This document shows, piece by piece, positions 1-9,123 of a DNA stretch of 64,000 nucleotides. This DNA is from Candidatus Methanoperedenaceae archaeon. GTDB taxonomy: Archaea > Halobacteriota > Methanosarcinia > Methanosarcinales > Methanoperedenaceae. The stretch is taken from positions 18,089 to 82,088 of the forward strand of contig CAVWCX010000037.1 in the NCBI GenBank assembly GCA_963753595.1, given 5' to 3'. Numbering within the stretch: the stretch's first letter is position 1; every line of letters begins with the position of its first letter. A program made the translations under genes and the position numbers. The notes under the pieces were generated by a model, which saw nothing but the letters and a program-made list of their open reading frames with translations, was not told where the DNA came from and did no database searches.

Positions 1-275
1 TAGTGAATGGATATTTAAAAGAAGGATTTATAATGCTCTGATTTTTAGACATAAAATAAGCTTAAATATGCTATGGTGTTAACGATAGCATTTTATGTAA
101 TATACATTAATATAATGTAATTATCAAAATATACAAATATCAAATCAATCTTAATTTTCCTGTATCAGCTACGTTTTCGCGACATGTATCGCCGTTCACA
201 ACGGCGTCTCCTTTTTATCAGAAAAAGTTAGAAACCTCTAAATATCATTAATGTTCAAGAGGGGCGGGTGATTTA

Positions 276-779
276 ATGGTACATATACTTAGAAGCATGA
301 TTGGAGAAGCGCTTGTGGGCGATGGTAATGAAATTGCACACATCGATCTTGTAATAGGGCCTAGAGGTGGTCCGGTTGAGACAGCGTTTATGAACTCGCT
401 TGCGATGCCAAGGGAAGGACATACGCCGCTTCTTGCGGTGCTGGAACCGAATCTCCAGCCAAAACCCTGTACATTGATGATAAACAAAGTTACCATAAAG
501 AATGCGAACCAGGCCGTATTAATGTTCGGGGCCGGGCAGGCGGCTGTGGCAAAAGCGGTAATTGACAGTGTGGAGGAAGGAGTAATTGCAAAGAGTGACG
601 CAGAAGACCTCTTGATAATAGTTTCAGTATTCATCCACTGGGAAGCTAAAGATAAGCAAAAAATATACGATTTCAATTACGAAGCGACAAAGCTGGCAAT
701 AAAACGGGCAATAGCAAGTGAACCTTCTGTGGGAGAAGCTCTTTCGCGAAAGGATAAAGCGAACCATCCATTCGCATGA
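276..779 (+). CDS. fae: Formaldehyde-activating enzyme (stand-alone Fae)
   Basis: GEALVGDGNEIAHIDL, GHTPLLAVLEPNL and VFIHWEA...IYDFNYEATKLAI motifs typical of Fae; no Hps fusion. Confidence 0.93.
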   Translation: MVHILRSMIGEALVGDGNEIAHIDLVIGPRGGPVETAFMNSLAMPREGHTPLLAVLEPNLQPKPCTLMINKVTIKNANQAVLMFGAGQAAVAKAVIDSVEEGVIAKSDAEDLLIIVSVFIHWEAKDKQKIYDFNYEATKLAIKRAIASEPSVGEALSRKDKANHPFA

Positions 780-995
780 ATAACCTTTGTGGCAAAATTG
801 CCACTCTTTTTTTAATATTAACAATCAGGTTGAGAGATTAGATTTAAGTTTTGATGCAATATTAGTTATCTTGATCGCAATTATTTTCCTCATGCTTGCT
901 TCGATCTTTTTTAGCCTGTCTGACCTTAAACAGCAAAAGGTAAATATGTTGTGTTATAATTTAAGCCAGTCTTAATTTGTCGAAAGGAGATTCCC

Positions 996-1943
996 ATGAA
1001 TTTAATTAATGAAAAAGTGATTGACGAATATGTCAAAAAATTCAATTTTAAGCAAATGCTTTATTTTCCTGCAATACTGCTTCTGGTATCGCTTTTAATT
1101 TTAACTTACACTACAATTACTTCCCCGACCAATACTCCGGTCGAACTCGGAATGGAATTCCAGGGAGGAATGGCTATGATCTTTGACACCGCAAAGACTC
1201 CCGACCAGTTGAAAGAAGAATTTGCGGCTTATCCGGTTGTACAGGCTCGAGAATATGGTGGAGGTAACCGTAAATTGCTCCAGTTTGGCCCGATGAAGGA
1301 ATCCGATATTACGGCAGTCACAACAAAAATAAATTCCGAATATTCTAACTCCAACCTCGAAATAAGGCAGATGGGAGAAGTGGTCAGCAAAGATTTACAG
1401 GGACAGGCGCTTCGTGCCATTTTATTCTCATTCCTTGGAATGGGGATTGTGGTATTCCTGATTTTCAGGACTTTTGTGCCTTCAGTAGCTGTTGTAATTT
1501 CGGCGTTTGCTGATATTGCGTTTGCAGCGGCAATGATGGATGTGTTCGGAATTGTATTATCTCTCGGAACTGTAGCCGCTCTTTTGATGCTTATCGGTTA
1601 TTCTGTGGATACTGATATCCTTTTGACTACAAGGCTTCTTAAAAGAAAAGGAGAATTGAATGACAAGATAAAAGATGCGATGAAAACAGGCATGACCATG
1701 ACTTTGACCACTCTTGCGGCTCTTATAGCATTATTTGTGGTTTCATCGGGTTCCTATCTTGTTTCAAGCTTTACCCGCATTGATATAATAAGAGACATCT
1801 CGGTGGTCCTTATTTTCGGACTGATCGCGGATATAGTGAACACATGGATGACTAATGTCGGAATCCTGAAATGGTACCTGGAGAAAAGCGGCGGTATTGA
1901 AAAGCGTGTCGAATCCCCTAAAAAGAGGAGGCAGACAACATGA
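996..1943 (+). CDS. secF: Protein translocase subunit SecF
   Basis: LGMEFQGG and GYSVDTDILLT motifs, multiple TM segments, overlaps secD start (ATGA). Confidence 0.95.
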   Translation: MNLINEKVIDEYVKKFNFKQMLYFPAILLLVSLLILTYTTITSPTNTPVELGMEFQGGMAMIFDTAKTPDQLKEEFAAYPVVQAREYGGGNRKLLQFGPMKESDITAVTTKINSEYSNSNLEIRQMGEVVSKDLQGQALRAILFSFLGMGIVVFLIFRTFVPSVAVVISAFADIAFAAAMMDVFGIVLSLGTVAALLMLIGYSVDTDILLTTRLLKRKGELNDKIKDAMKTGMTMTLTTLAALIALFVVSSGSYLVSSFTRIDIIRDISVVLIFGLIADIVNTWMTNVGILKWYLEKSGGIEKRVESPKKRRQTT

Positions 1944-3604
1944 ACGGTGAAGAACCCTTTTATAAGAAACCTCGCGTTCTTTTGTTATTGATCGTGATCC
2001 TATTTTCAATTGCAGCAATGACCATCTCTTATAAGAATGGGGAATTGAACGTGGGGAGCCAACTGAAATATGGTCTTGAACTTGAAGGCGGCTCATGGCT
2101 GCAATTACAGCTTCAGGGAGCGATTGTCCAGGTAGATGCTGATGAAAAAAAAATCATTCAGTCGGAATTCGAAAGACTATTGAATGATCCATCGATCAAG
2201 ATCGAAGAAACCACTTTGAGTTCAGTTACTTTTACAACATCAAAACAGACCACCCAGAAAACAATAGATGCCTTCGGATTCGGTAAATCCACGATATCCC
2301 AGGCTCCTGACGGCAACACAAGGATCTCCCTGCAGATAACCAAACAATATGCTATCCAGAAATACCTTGAGAATAAACTCAATGCAGAAACAAGAATGAT
2401 CCCCGGGAATATTCTCACTTTTGAAATACGGGAAAAATTGACACAAGATGAATTGAGTTCAGTTCTTTTACAGGTTGATGGAAAAGTCATCTCCTTTAAG
2501 GCAGGTGTATCCGCAGATACAAGAGAAGAAACAAAAAAGATCCTTGAAACTAAACTCAACAGCCTTGGGATGAAGGAAATCCCTATCAGGACCGTTGGCG
2601 ATAATTATCTTCTTATTGACCTGGCAGGAGTAGATATCAATACAGCGCGAGAAATCGCGGCTAAACCCGGAAAATTCGAAATTCGCATACAGGTGAAGGG
2701 CAATGAGACAGAACATGTGCTTTATGGCACGGAAATAACTCCCGGATTGCCTGAAAAGGAAAAAGGAGAATCATGGGGTGTATCTTTTACACTGAGTGAT
2801 GCTGGTGCGGCAGCTGTGCGCGATGCTGCAATACAGTATGGGGCGGTTACTAATCCTTCAGCACATGAATTGATAATGTTACTTGATGAAAAGGAGATAT
2901 ATAGTGCTCCGCTGTCACCCGAGCTGGCCAGGAACATCCAGAGCGTACCTGTGAAAAGCCTTTCAGCAGGAACAGGTACGGGGGACGAAGGACAAAGAAG
3001 AGCAAATGAACTGCAGATCCATTTAAGAGCTGGCGCCCTGCCTGTGAAGGTAGATGTGATCGGTGCGGGGCAGGTTTCTGCTGAACTGGGTTCGAAGTTC
3101 AAATCACAGATATTAATTGCCGGGATAATAGCCTTGATATTAGTTGCCATAGTTGTTTCATTAAGGTACAAACAACCAAATATCGTTATTCCGATGCTTT
3201 CAACATCATTCAGTGAAGTGATAATCATATTGGGTTTCACTGTCCTTGTAGGATTCCAGCTTGACCTGCCAACGATAGCGGGTATAATTGCTGTCATCGG
3301 TACAGGTATCGACCACCTGATAATCATTACTGATGAGGTTCTTGCCGGGGGCGCAATGCCGCCGGATAAGGTTTATAGATCACGCCTTACCAAGGCCTTC
3401 GCAATAATATTCTCAGCGGCTGCGACAGTACTTGTGGCGATGTCTCCGCTCCTGATCATGGGATTTGGCGCTCTAAGGGGCTTTGCTGTAATTACCATAG
3501 TCGGAGTACTGATCGGGGTATTCATTGCAAGACCTGCATATGCCGAAGTGATCCAGGGCATGCTTGTTGAAGATACTGGCAAGAAGTTCGTGGATGAGGA
3601 ATAA
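1940..3604 (+). CDS. secD: Protein translocase subunit SecD
   Basis: LKYGLELEGG, LRAGALPV, IAGIIAVIGTGID and LRGFA motifs. Confidence 0.95.
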   Translation: MNGEEPFYKKPRVLLLLIVILFSIAAMTISYKNGELNVGSQLKYGLELEGGSWLQLQLQGAIVQVDADEKKIIQSEFERLLNDPSIKIEETTLSSVTFTTSKQTTQKTIDAFGFGKSTISQAPDGNTRISLQITKQYAIQKYLENKLNAETRMIPGNILTFEIREKLTQDELSSVLLQVDGKVISFKAGVSADTREETKKILETKLNSLGMKEIPIRTVGDNYLLIDLAGVDINTAREIAAKPGKFEIRIQVKGNETEHVLYGTEITPGLPEKEKGESWGVSFTLSDAGAAAVRDAAIQYGAVTNPSAHELIMLLDEKEIYSAPLSPELARNIQSVPVKSLSAGTGTGDEGQRRANELQIHLRAGALPVKVDVIGAGQVSAELGSKFKSQILIAGIIALILVAIVVSLRYKQPNIVIPMLSTSFSEVIIILGFTVLVGFQLDLPTIAGIIAVIGTGIDHLIIITDEVLAGGAMPPDKVYRSRLTKAFAIIFSAAATVLVAMSPLLIMGFGALRGFAVITIVGVLIGVFIARPAYAEVIQGMLVEDTGKKFVDEE

Positions 3605-3637
3605 ATACTGCACAAAAGAATATAAATAAAATAAACG

Positions 3638-3673
3638 ATGCAGTTTCAACTCAAATATGGGTTGAAACTGCAT
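3638..3673 (+). terminator. Strong hairpin downstream of secD
   Basis: ATGCAGTTTCAAC (3638-3650) and GTTGAAACTGCAT (3661-3673) are perfect reverse complements; followed by TTATTGTT. Confidence 0.5.
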
Positions 3674-3888
3674 TTATTGTTCTATTGATTCAGTGATAAA
3701 ATTTTAAAAAAAGGACACTTTAGGGAATAGGGGTTGACAATCATGTGCCTTAAACAATAACTTAATAAATGAATGAATCCAAGTATATGTTAGATATGGC
3801 AATTATTTAGAACCATTCACTATGTTTTCATGCAATTTTCCAATGGTCAAACATTATTTCTAAAATCGAAAAGATGCGAGGTAAGAAT

Positions 3889-4026
3889 ATGTCAAAACTT
3901 AAAAAGCGAGAATTGGAACGAAAAGGCGAAAAGAAACAGAAGATCTTAGACACTAAATTGATGGATGAGCATCTTGGGGATTTGACAAAGAAAGAAATGG
4001 AAGTAGCCCAACTCCCTGAGGACTGA
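3889..4026 (+). CDS. Small charged hypothetical protein (45 aa, not in ORF track)
   Basis: MSKLKKRELERKGEKKQKILDTKLMDEHLGDLTKKEMEVAQLPED; GAGGT SD upstream; stop 1 nt before the SAMP gene. Confidence 0.6.
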   Translation: MSKLKKRELERKGEKKQKILDTKLMDEHLGDLTKKEMEVAQLPED

Positions 4027-4027
4027 A

Positions 4028-4234
4028 TTGAAGATAAAAGTAAAAATCCTGTCGGGAGGTGTTAAAGAACAAAATCTGGATGTCCTGTCATCATCCACAT
4101 ATGAAGAGCTTCTTGAATCTCTTCATATTAATCCAGAAATAGTCCTCGTGTTCAGGGATGGTAATCCGGTCCCGCTTGATGAAAAAGTTACGCAGGAAAA
4201 TATAGATATCATAAGAGTAGTGACGGGTGGATAA
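4028..4234 (+). CDS. Ubiquitin-like sulfur carrier (SAMP/ThiS/MoaD family)
   Basis: 68 aa, beta-grasp size, C-terminal GG, next to moaA. Confidence 0.88.
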   Translation: MKIKVKILSGGVKEQNLDVLSSSTYEELLESLHINPEIVLVFRDGNPVPLDEKVTQENIDIIRVVTGG

Positions 4235-4350
4235 TTTTTTATATTTTTATATTTTTTATATTTTATCCAGGCAAGTTTAAGAAGAACTCATATTTTTACA
4301 CAATATTTATTCTTGGAGCGAATATAGGGAAATGTGTAATTCTTTTGACT

Positions 4351-5256
4351 ATGAGCGCAGCTATGCAATTAACAGACACTTATGGACGAACGATAAAGAG
4401 CCTGCGAATCTCTATTACGAACCGCTGCAATCTCAAGTGCATTTACTGCCATCGTGAAGGTGAGACGCGTTATATTAATAATGAGATGAGTGTTGAAACA
4501 ATTGCTAATATAGTAAAAGCTTCAAAGAGGTTCGGGGTTAATAAAGTGAAATTCTCAGGAGGTGAACCTTTAATGCGGAATGATTTTGAAAATATCCTCA
4601 AAGCTCTTCCCGAATTGAAGGATATTTCAGCTACAACCAACGGTACATCTCTTGCACAAAGAGCATATGACCTTGCAGGGAGCGGACTTAACAGGATAAA
4701 CATAAGTCTTCCATCCCTGCGGGCTGAAAAATACAGGAAAGTAACAGGTGGTGACGTAAGCATCGTAATTGATGGAATAAACGCTGCAGTAGCATCCGGC
4801 CTGATACCAGTAAAATTGAATATGGTACTCATGAAAGGATTAAACGCTGATGAAATTCCGGAAATGATGGATTTTGTTCAAAAGTATGATGGAAAGGTAA
4901 TCCTCCAGCTAATTGAATTGATGAATTTCCAGCAAACAGCACAGTATCAGGTAAATATCAATGAAGTAGAAAAATTCCTGGAAAAAAGGGCAACGGATAT
5001 AGAAGAGCGATCAATGCACAGGAGAAGGAAATACCATATAGATGGAATTGAAGTCGAGCTTGTCCGCCCTATAGACAATTCGCATTTCTGTGCAAATTGC
5101 AACAGGCTCAGGGTGACTTCCGATGGAAAGCTCAAGCCCTGTCTTCTAAGAAATGATAATCTTGTTGATGTCAATAATAAAGAGCCAGGTGAAATAGCAG
5201 AATTAATGAAATTCGCAATGGAAAAAAGAGAACCCTTCTATAAAGATCATTCATGA
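4351..5256 (+). CDS. moaA: GTP 3',8-cyclase MoaA (radical SAM)
   Basis: CNLKCIYC, SGGEP and C-terminal FCANCNRLRVTSDGKLKPCL; start at 4351 or 4363. Confidence 0.95.
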   Translation: MSAAMQLTDTYGRTIKSLRISITNRCNLKCIYCHREGETRYINNEMSVETIANIVKASKRFGVNKVKFSGGEPLMRNDFENILKALPELKDISATTNGTSLAQRAYDLAGSGLNRINISLPSLRAEKYRKVTGGDVSIVIDGINAAVASGLIPVKLNMVLMKGLNADEIPEMMDFVQKYDGKVILQLIELMNFQQTAQYQVNINEVEKFLEKRATDIEERSMHRRRKYHIDGIEVELVRPIDNSHFCANCNRLRVTSDGKLKPCLLRNDNLVDVNNKEPGEIAELMKFAMEKREPFYKDHS

Positions 5257-6183
5257 ATGAAGATTGTAATGAGGTTTTTCTGTATGGGTTTTTTCAATGA
5301 AACCATACTCAAATATTTCTTTTCCTGAAATGATCTTTGAGATGTATTTTAACCTGTGAAGCACAGGTACAAAGGCCATTGTCGAATCAACAAACTCTTT
5401 TGACAGGGCGGCGCAGTATTTTGGAGAGATGCGGTAAGCTTCCTTAACAAACTCTTCATCAACTATCCCGGTAAGTCTTGATACAAGACTTGCAGCTTCT
5501 TTTGGGTATAGCCTGATGAAATTACTTGCTTTTTCATGCAGATCCAGGAACCGCAGGATAACATCGGGATATTGCATCAAGTCTTTTCGGATAACGATAC
5601 CGTAACTCGGGTTATCCGGCCAGAGCAAGTGCGGTGGAATGATTATTTTTGTACTGCAGGCACGTGCTGATGCAACAGCAAGCGATGGTGTCCCTACCGC
5701 AGCATCGATCTTTCCATCTACCAGCGCCTCGAGAACGAAGTCAGTCCATGGGAAGTTCTTTACCCTGATGTTCAAATCATTTGCATTTATGATATTATTT
5801 ATAATGACATCATGAATAGACCCTTTTGGGGGAGAACCTATTACTTTTCCATCAAATTGTCTCATGACAGTGTTGATATCACCAAGTTCAGTATAAGTAC
5901 TATAATTTTTCCGGGCGATCAACACCGTTCCTTCGACATGTCCCCCAGCCACGCAGACAATTGGAACACCACGATCCATACCAATGATCGCAGGAGGAAG
6001 TCCAATATATCCTGCATCAATTTCTTTATTTTCAAAAGCTTTTACAATATCAGGTCCCGAAGCAAAAAGTTCCCAGGTTGCGTGTATCCCGGACTTCTCC
6101 AACCAGTCCGTACCCATCAGGATAAAAGAGGTGTGGTATAAAGTAGAAAGATGACCGATATTGATCTCTTTTTTTTCAAACAT
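5251..6183 (-). CDS. ABC-type substrate-binding protein (SsuA/NMT1/THI5-like)
   Basis: FASGPDIVKAF, DAGYIGLPPAI, GSIHDV motifs; no signal peptide evident. Confidence 0.75.
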   Translation of the reverse strand: MFEKKEINIGHLSTLYHTSFILMGTDWLEKSGIHATWELFASGPDIVKAFENKEIDAGYIGLPPAIIGMDRGVPIVCVAGGHVEGTVLIARKNYSTYTELGDINTVMRQFDGKVIGSPPKGSIHDVIINNIINANDLNIRVKNFPWTDFVLEALVDGKIDAAVGTPSLAVASARACSTKIIIPPHLLWPDNPSYGIVIRKDLMQYPDVILRFLDLHEKASNFIRLYPKEAASLVSRLTGIVDEEFVKEAYRISPKYCAALSKEFVDSTMAFVPVLHRLKYISKIISGKEIFEYGFIEKTHTEKPHYNLHS

Positions 6184-6308
6184 GATGTGTTTTTAATGAG
6201 AAGCTGCAATTAAAACCTTTCTGTAAAAGGTTCTATATGAATATTTGGAAGTAATTTGGGTATAATCTTGGAAAAATACTATTAAAGGATATACTAATTA
6301 GTGATTAC

Positions 6309-6397
6309 GTAGAGGATAAATACAAATCATCAAGATTCACTTCCTATCCTATCCAAAATCTATCCATGAATTCTTGAAATCCTCTACCTTTTTCTTT
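6309..6397 (+). ncRNA. Candidate intergenic small RNA
   Basis: Closing stem GTAGAGGAT/ATCCTCTAC, inner stem, upstream TATA-like TATTAAAG and downstream T tract. Confidence 0.4.
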
Positions 6398-6449
6398 CAT
6401 TGATTTTCACAACAACCTTTACATATCATTGCCAGTATATTACAGAAAA

Positions 6450-6737
6450 GTGAAACAACGCGCTGTCCTTCCGGAAAAAGTCAAAAGATACGAAGAACTC
6501 TTACGCAAGGCGTTGGAAGCTTTTGAGATATCTGTGCAGGAAAATTCCCATCTGAGTAAAGTTGCCCGGGATTATTCAAATATGGCCAGTTCCTATTACG
6601 ATGATGGAATGCACTTTATCAATGAAGATGATCTGGTGAATGCCCTTGTCTGTTTCAGTTATGGGCACGCGTGGCTGGACGCTGGTGTAAAACTCGGTGT
6701 CTTTAAAGTAAGTGATGAAAACCTGTTTACAATTTAA
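6450..6737 (+). CDS. DUF357 family protein
   Basis: MASSYYDDGMHF...DLVNALVCFSYGHAWLDAG motif; start uncertain (GTG 6450). Confidence 0.85.
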   Translation: MKQRAVLPEKVKRYEELLRKALEAFEISVQENSHLSKVARDYSNMASSYYDDGMHFINEDDLVNALVCFSYGHAWLDAGVKLGVFKVSDENLFTI

Positions 6738-6752
6738 TAGAGGAATAATAAA

Positions 6753-7139
6753 ATGTCAAATTATATAGTTACACTTGAAGCCGCATGGCTTGTGAAAAGT
6801 GTAGAAAGTGTTGAAGATGCAATGAATATTGCTATATCTGAAGTTGGAAAAATGCTCAATCCTGATTTGAACTTCGTGGAAATAGAAGTGGGAACCACGA
6901 GCTGCCCGGCATGCGGGGAGGCTTTTGACAGCGTCTTTATGGCAGCAGGTACCGCTCTTGTGGGAATTCTGCTTGAAATGAAAGTGTATGATGCAGAAAA
7001 TGAAGAACATGGGGCAAGGATCGCAAAATCAACTATTGGTAAGGCGCTGATAAACACACCTCTGGATGTCGTTGATGTCGATGAGTTCGAAGGTGGAAAA
7101 GATAGTAAGGAAAAGAAAAAATCCTCAGGGAAATATTAA
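6753..7139 (+). CDS. UPF0212/DUF555 family protein
   Basis: [42 protein letters not shown]...HGARIAKS. Confidence 0.85.
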   Translation: MSNYIVTLEAAWLVKSVESVEDAMNIAISEVGKMLNPDLNFVEIEVGTTSCPACGEAFDSVFMAAGTALVGILLEMKVYDAENEEHGARIAKSTIGKALINTPLDVVDVDEFEGGKDSKEKKKSSGKY

Positions 7140-7144
7140 TCCTG

Positions 7145-7813
7145 ATGAAACTTGCAGCTCTTATTTCCGGGGGCAAGGATTCGTGTTTTGCAATATATAA
7201 AGCATTGCAGGAAGGTCATGAAGTCACAGATCTTATAACAATAATACCCGCAAACGAAGACTCATACATGTTCCATTCTGCAAATATCCACCTCACTCGG
7301 CTTATCTCAGAGGCTTGTGGAATTCCCCTCACATCCCGGATATCGACAGGCGAGAAGGAAAAGGAACTGGAAGACTTGATAAAAGCCCTGAAGTATGTGA
7401 ACGTTGATGGTGTTGCGGTGGGAGCTATTGAATCAGAATATCAGGCTTCCCGAGTGAGGCGTATTTGTGTTGAACTCGGGATAAAAATGTATGCGCCATT
7501 GTGGCACTTGGATCCTGAAAAACTTCTTCGGGAAATGATCACACTGATGGATATCAGGATGATAAAAGTAGCAGCCGCAGGGATGGATGAATCATGGCTT
7601 GGCCGGAGCTTTGATGACTTATTGATAGAAGACCTCAAAGCCCTGAACAGTAAATACAGGGTACATATCGCAGGTGAGGGGGGCGAATATGAGTCGCTTG
7701 TTCTTGATGCACCATTCTATAAGAAAAGAATTGAACTTCTAAAAACCCGAAATATCTGGATGGGAGACCACGGGATCATGAAAGTGGTAGCAGCAAAGCT
7801 TAGAGAAAAGTAA
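7145..7813 (+). CDS. dph6: Diphthine-ammonia ligase family PP-loop ATPase
   Basis: SGGKDS PP-loop, DSYMFH, GAIESEYQ, GEGGEYES. Confidence 0.88.
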   Translation: MKLAALISGGKDSCFAIYKALQEGHEVTDLITIIPANEDSYMFHSANIHLTRLISEACGIPLTSRISTGEKEKELEDLIKALKYVNVDGVAVGAIESEYQASRVRRICVELGIKMYAPLWHLDPEKLLREMITLMDIRMIKVAAAGMDESWLGRSFDDLLIEDLKALNSKYRVHIAGEGGEYESLVLDAPFYKKRIELLKTRNIWMGDHGIMKVVAAKLREK

Positions 7814-8018
7814 CCCCCACTTCCCAACCCGCCCTGGACATTCCACCCCGAACTTGCATTATCATGCAATTTAATTCATATAGTGTCACTAATAAATAGT
7901 ATATTACTACAATCGTTTTACTTGAGTATTACTTCTTGAACACTAATGTTGTGGGTGTAAAACCTCTTAATGTGAAAATGTTTATAATAGATTAACCCAG
8001 TGATAATATAGTAGTATC

Positions 8019-9065
8019 ATGGTAGTTAGAAAAAATATATCACTTGAGCCAGTCCATCTTAAAAAACTTGATTCTCTGGTCACCAAACACAATGGGAATC
8101 TGAGCGCAGCTATTCGGGATGCCATTGATATCACAGATGTATCACTCAGGCGCTATGGTTCTGTTGAAGAGGCAATATCAGTAATTGCATCTGATAAAAA
8201 AGAATTAACAGGAAGGGAAGAATCGATAGAATCAGGAAAGAACGTTCTTCTAGGAAGACCTATTTTCCTCTGGATGCTTAAAGCCACAAAAGGTATTCCG
8301 CTTGAAAAAGAAATATTTGAAGAAGTGCTTGACCCGCTGAAAATTATCACTATATCAGAACTCGATAAAAGGATAAATGAAATAAGCCGCGAATCTGGTT
8401 GGAACTGCCAGATCTCTATCTTTTGTATGGATTATATTAATCCGACTTCTGCAACTGTTACCATAACAGGTGATAATGAATTTTATCGTGATTTTGCAGC
8501 CCACCTTATCATAATGTTCCTTGTCAATAACAATAGTCTTGATATTGATGTTGTCCACAAAAGAGCAACGACTATCAGGGTTGACCTGAAGTATCGTGAA
8601 AAAGGAACGCAACCTGTTGCAGCAATGAAGTACTTCGGATATCTAAAAGATGCAATAAAAGAGTTCAAGTCAAGGGAAGAATTCTGGAAAAACCTTATGG
8701 AAATATACAGTTCTGTGAATTATAATATGGTATCGCTTTATAAGGGGAATTATGAAGAACTGCTTGCAGGTGATTCACCTACGAATGCAGGTATATTCGA
8801 ATCAATATCGAAAAAACATATTGCCAGTATCCCTCACCAGGATTTTTTGGAACTATTGAAGAAAACCGATGAATCGATGTTGATCGTGGATAAGATCGAG
8901 ATACTGGAAAACAGCATCAATATTTATCACAATTATAAGAATGAAAAAGCGATCAAGAATATCCAGGATTATTACTTATCACTTCTAAGAGCAAACGGGC
9001 ATGAATATGAAGCGAAATATTCCACGAGCTTAATAGTATTAAATCATGTCTGCTGCAAAAGTTAG
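8019..9065 (+). CDS. Hypothetical protein with N-terminal ribbon-helix-helix-like domain
   Basis: RKNISL...KKLDSLV...NLSAAIRDAID fits the RHH pattern; remainder unassigned. Confidence 0.6.
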   Translation: MVVRKNISLEPVHLKKLDSLVTKHNGNLSAAIRDAIDITDVSLRRYGSVEEAISVIASDKKELTGREESIESGKNVLLGRPIFLWMLKATKGIPLEKEIFEEVLDPLKIITISELDKRINEISRESGWNCQISIFCMDYINPTSATVTITGDNEFYRDFAAHLIIMFLVNNNSLDIDVVHKRATTIRVDLKYREKGTQPVAAMKYFGYLKDAIKEFKSREEFWKNLMEIYSSVNYNMVSLYKGNYEELLAGDSPTNAGIFESISKKHIASIPHQDFLELLKKTDESMLIVDKIEILENSINIYHNYKNEKAIKNIQDYYLSLLRANGHEYEAKYSTSLIVLNHVCCKS

Positions 9066-9123
9066 ATCATTGAATCATTTTATTGGGTTATATTGAGTTA
9101 GATTATTGGATTATATCATTGAG

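Noticed and set aside
787-975. 62-aa ORF with a hydrophobic stretch between fae and secF
   Set aside because: TTG start without SD, AT-rich, overlaps the likely terminator and promoter; at most a gene remnant
3643-3668. Possible CRISPR repeat
   Set aside because: Single copy, no spacers, no cas genes in the window
4235-4267. (TTTTTATA)n-like repeats after the SAMP gene
   Set aside because: Low-complexity T-rich terminator region
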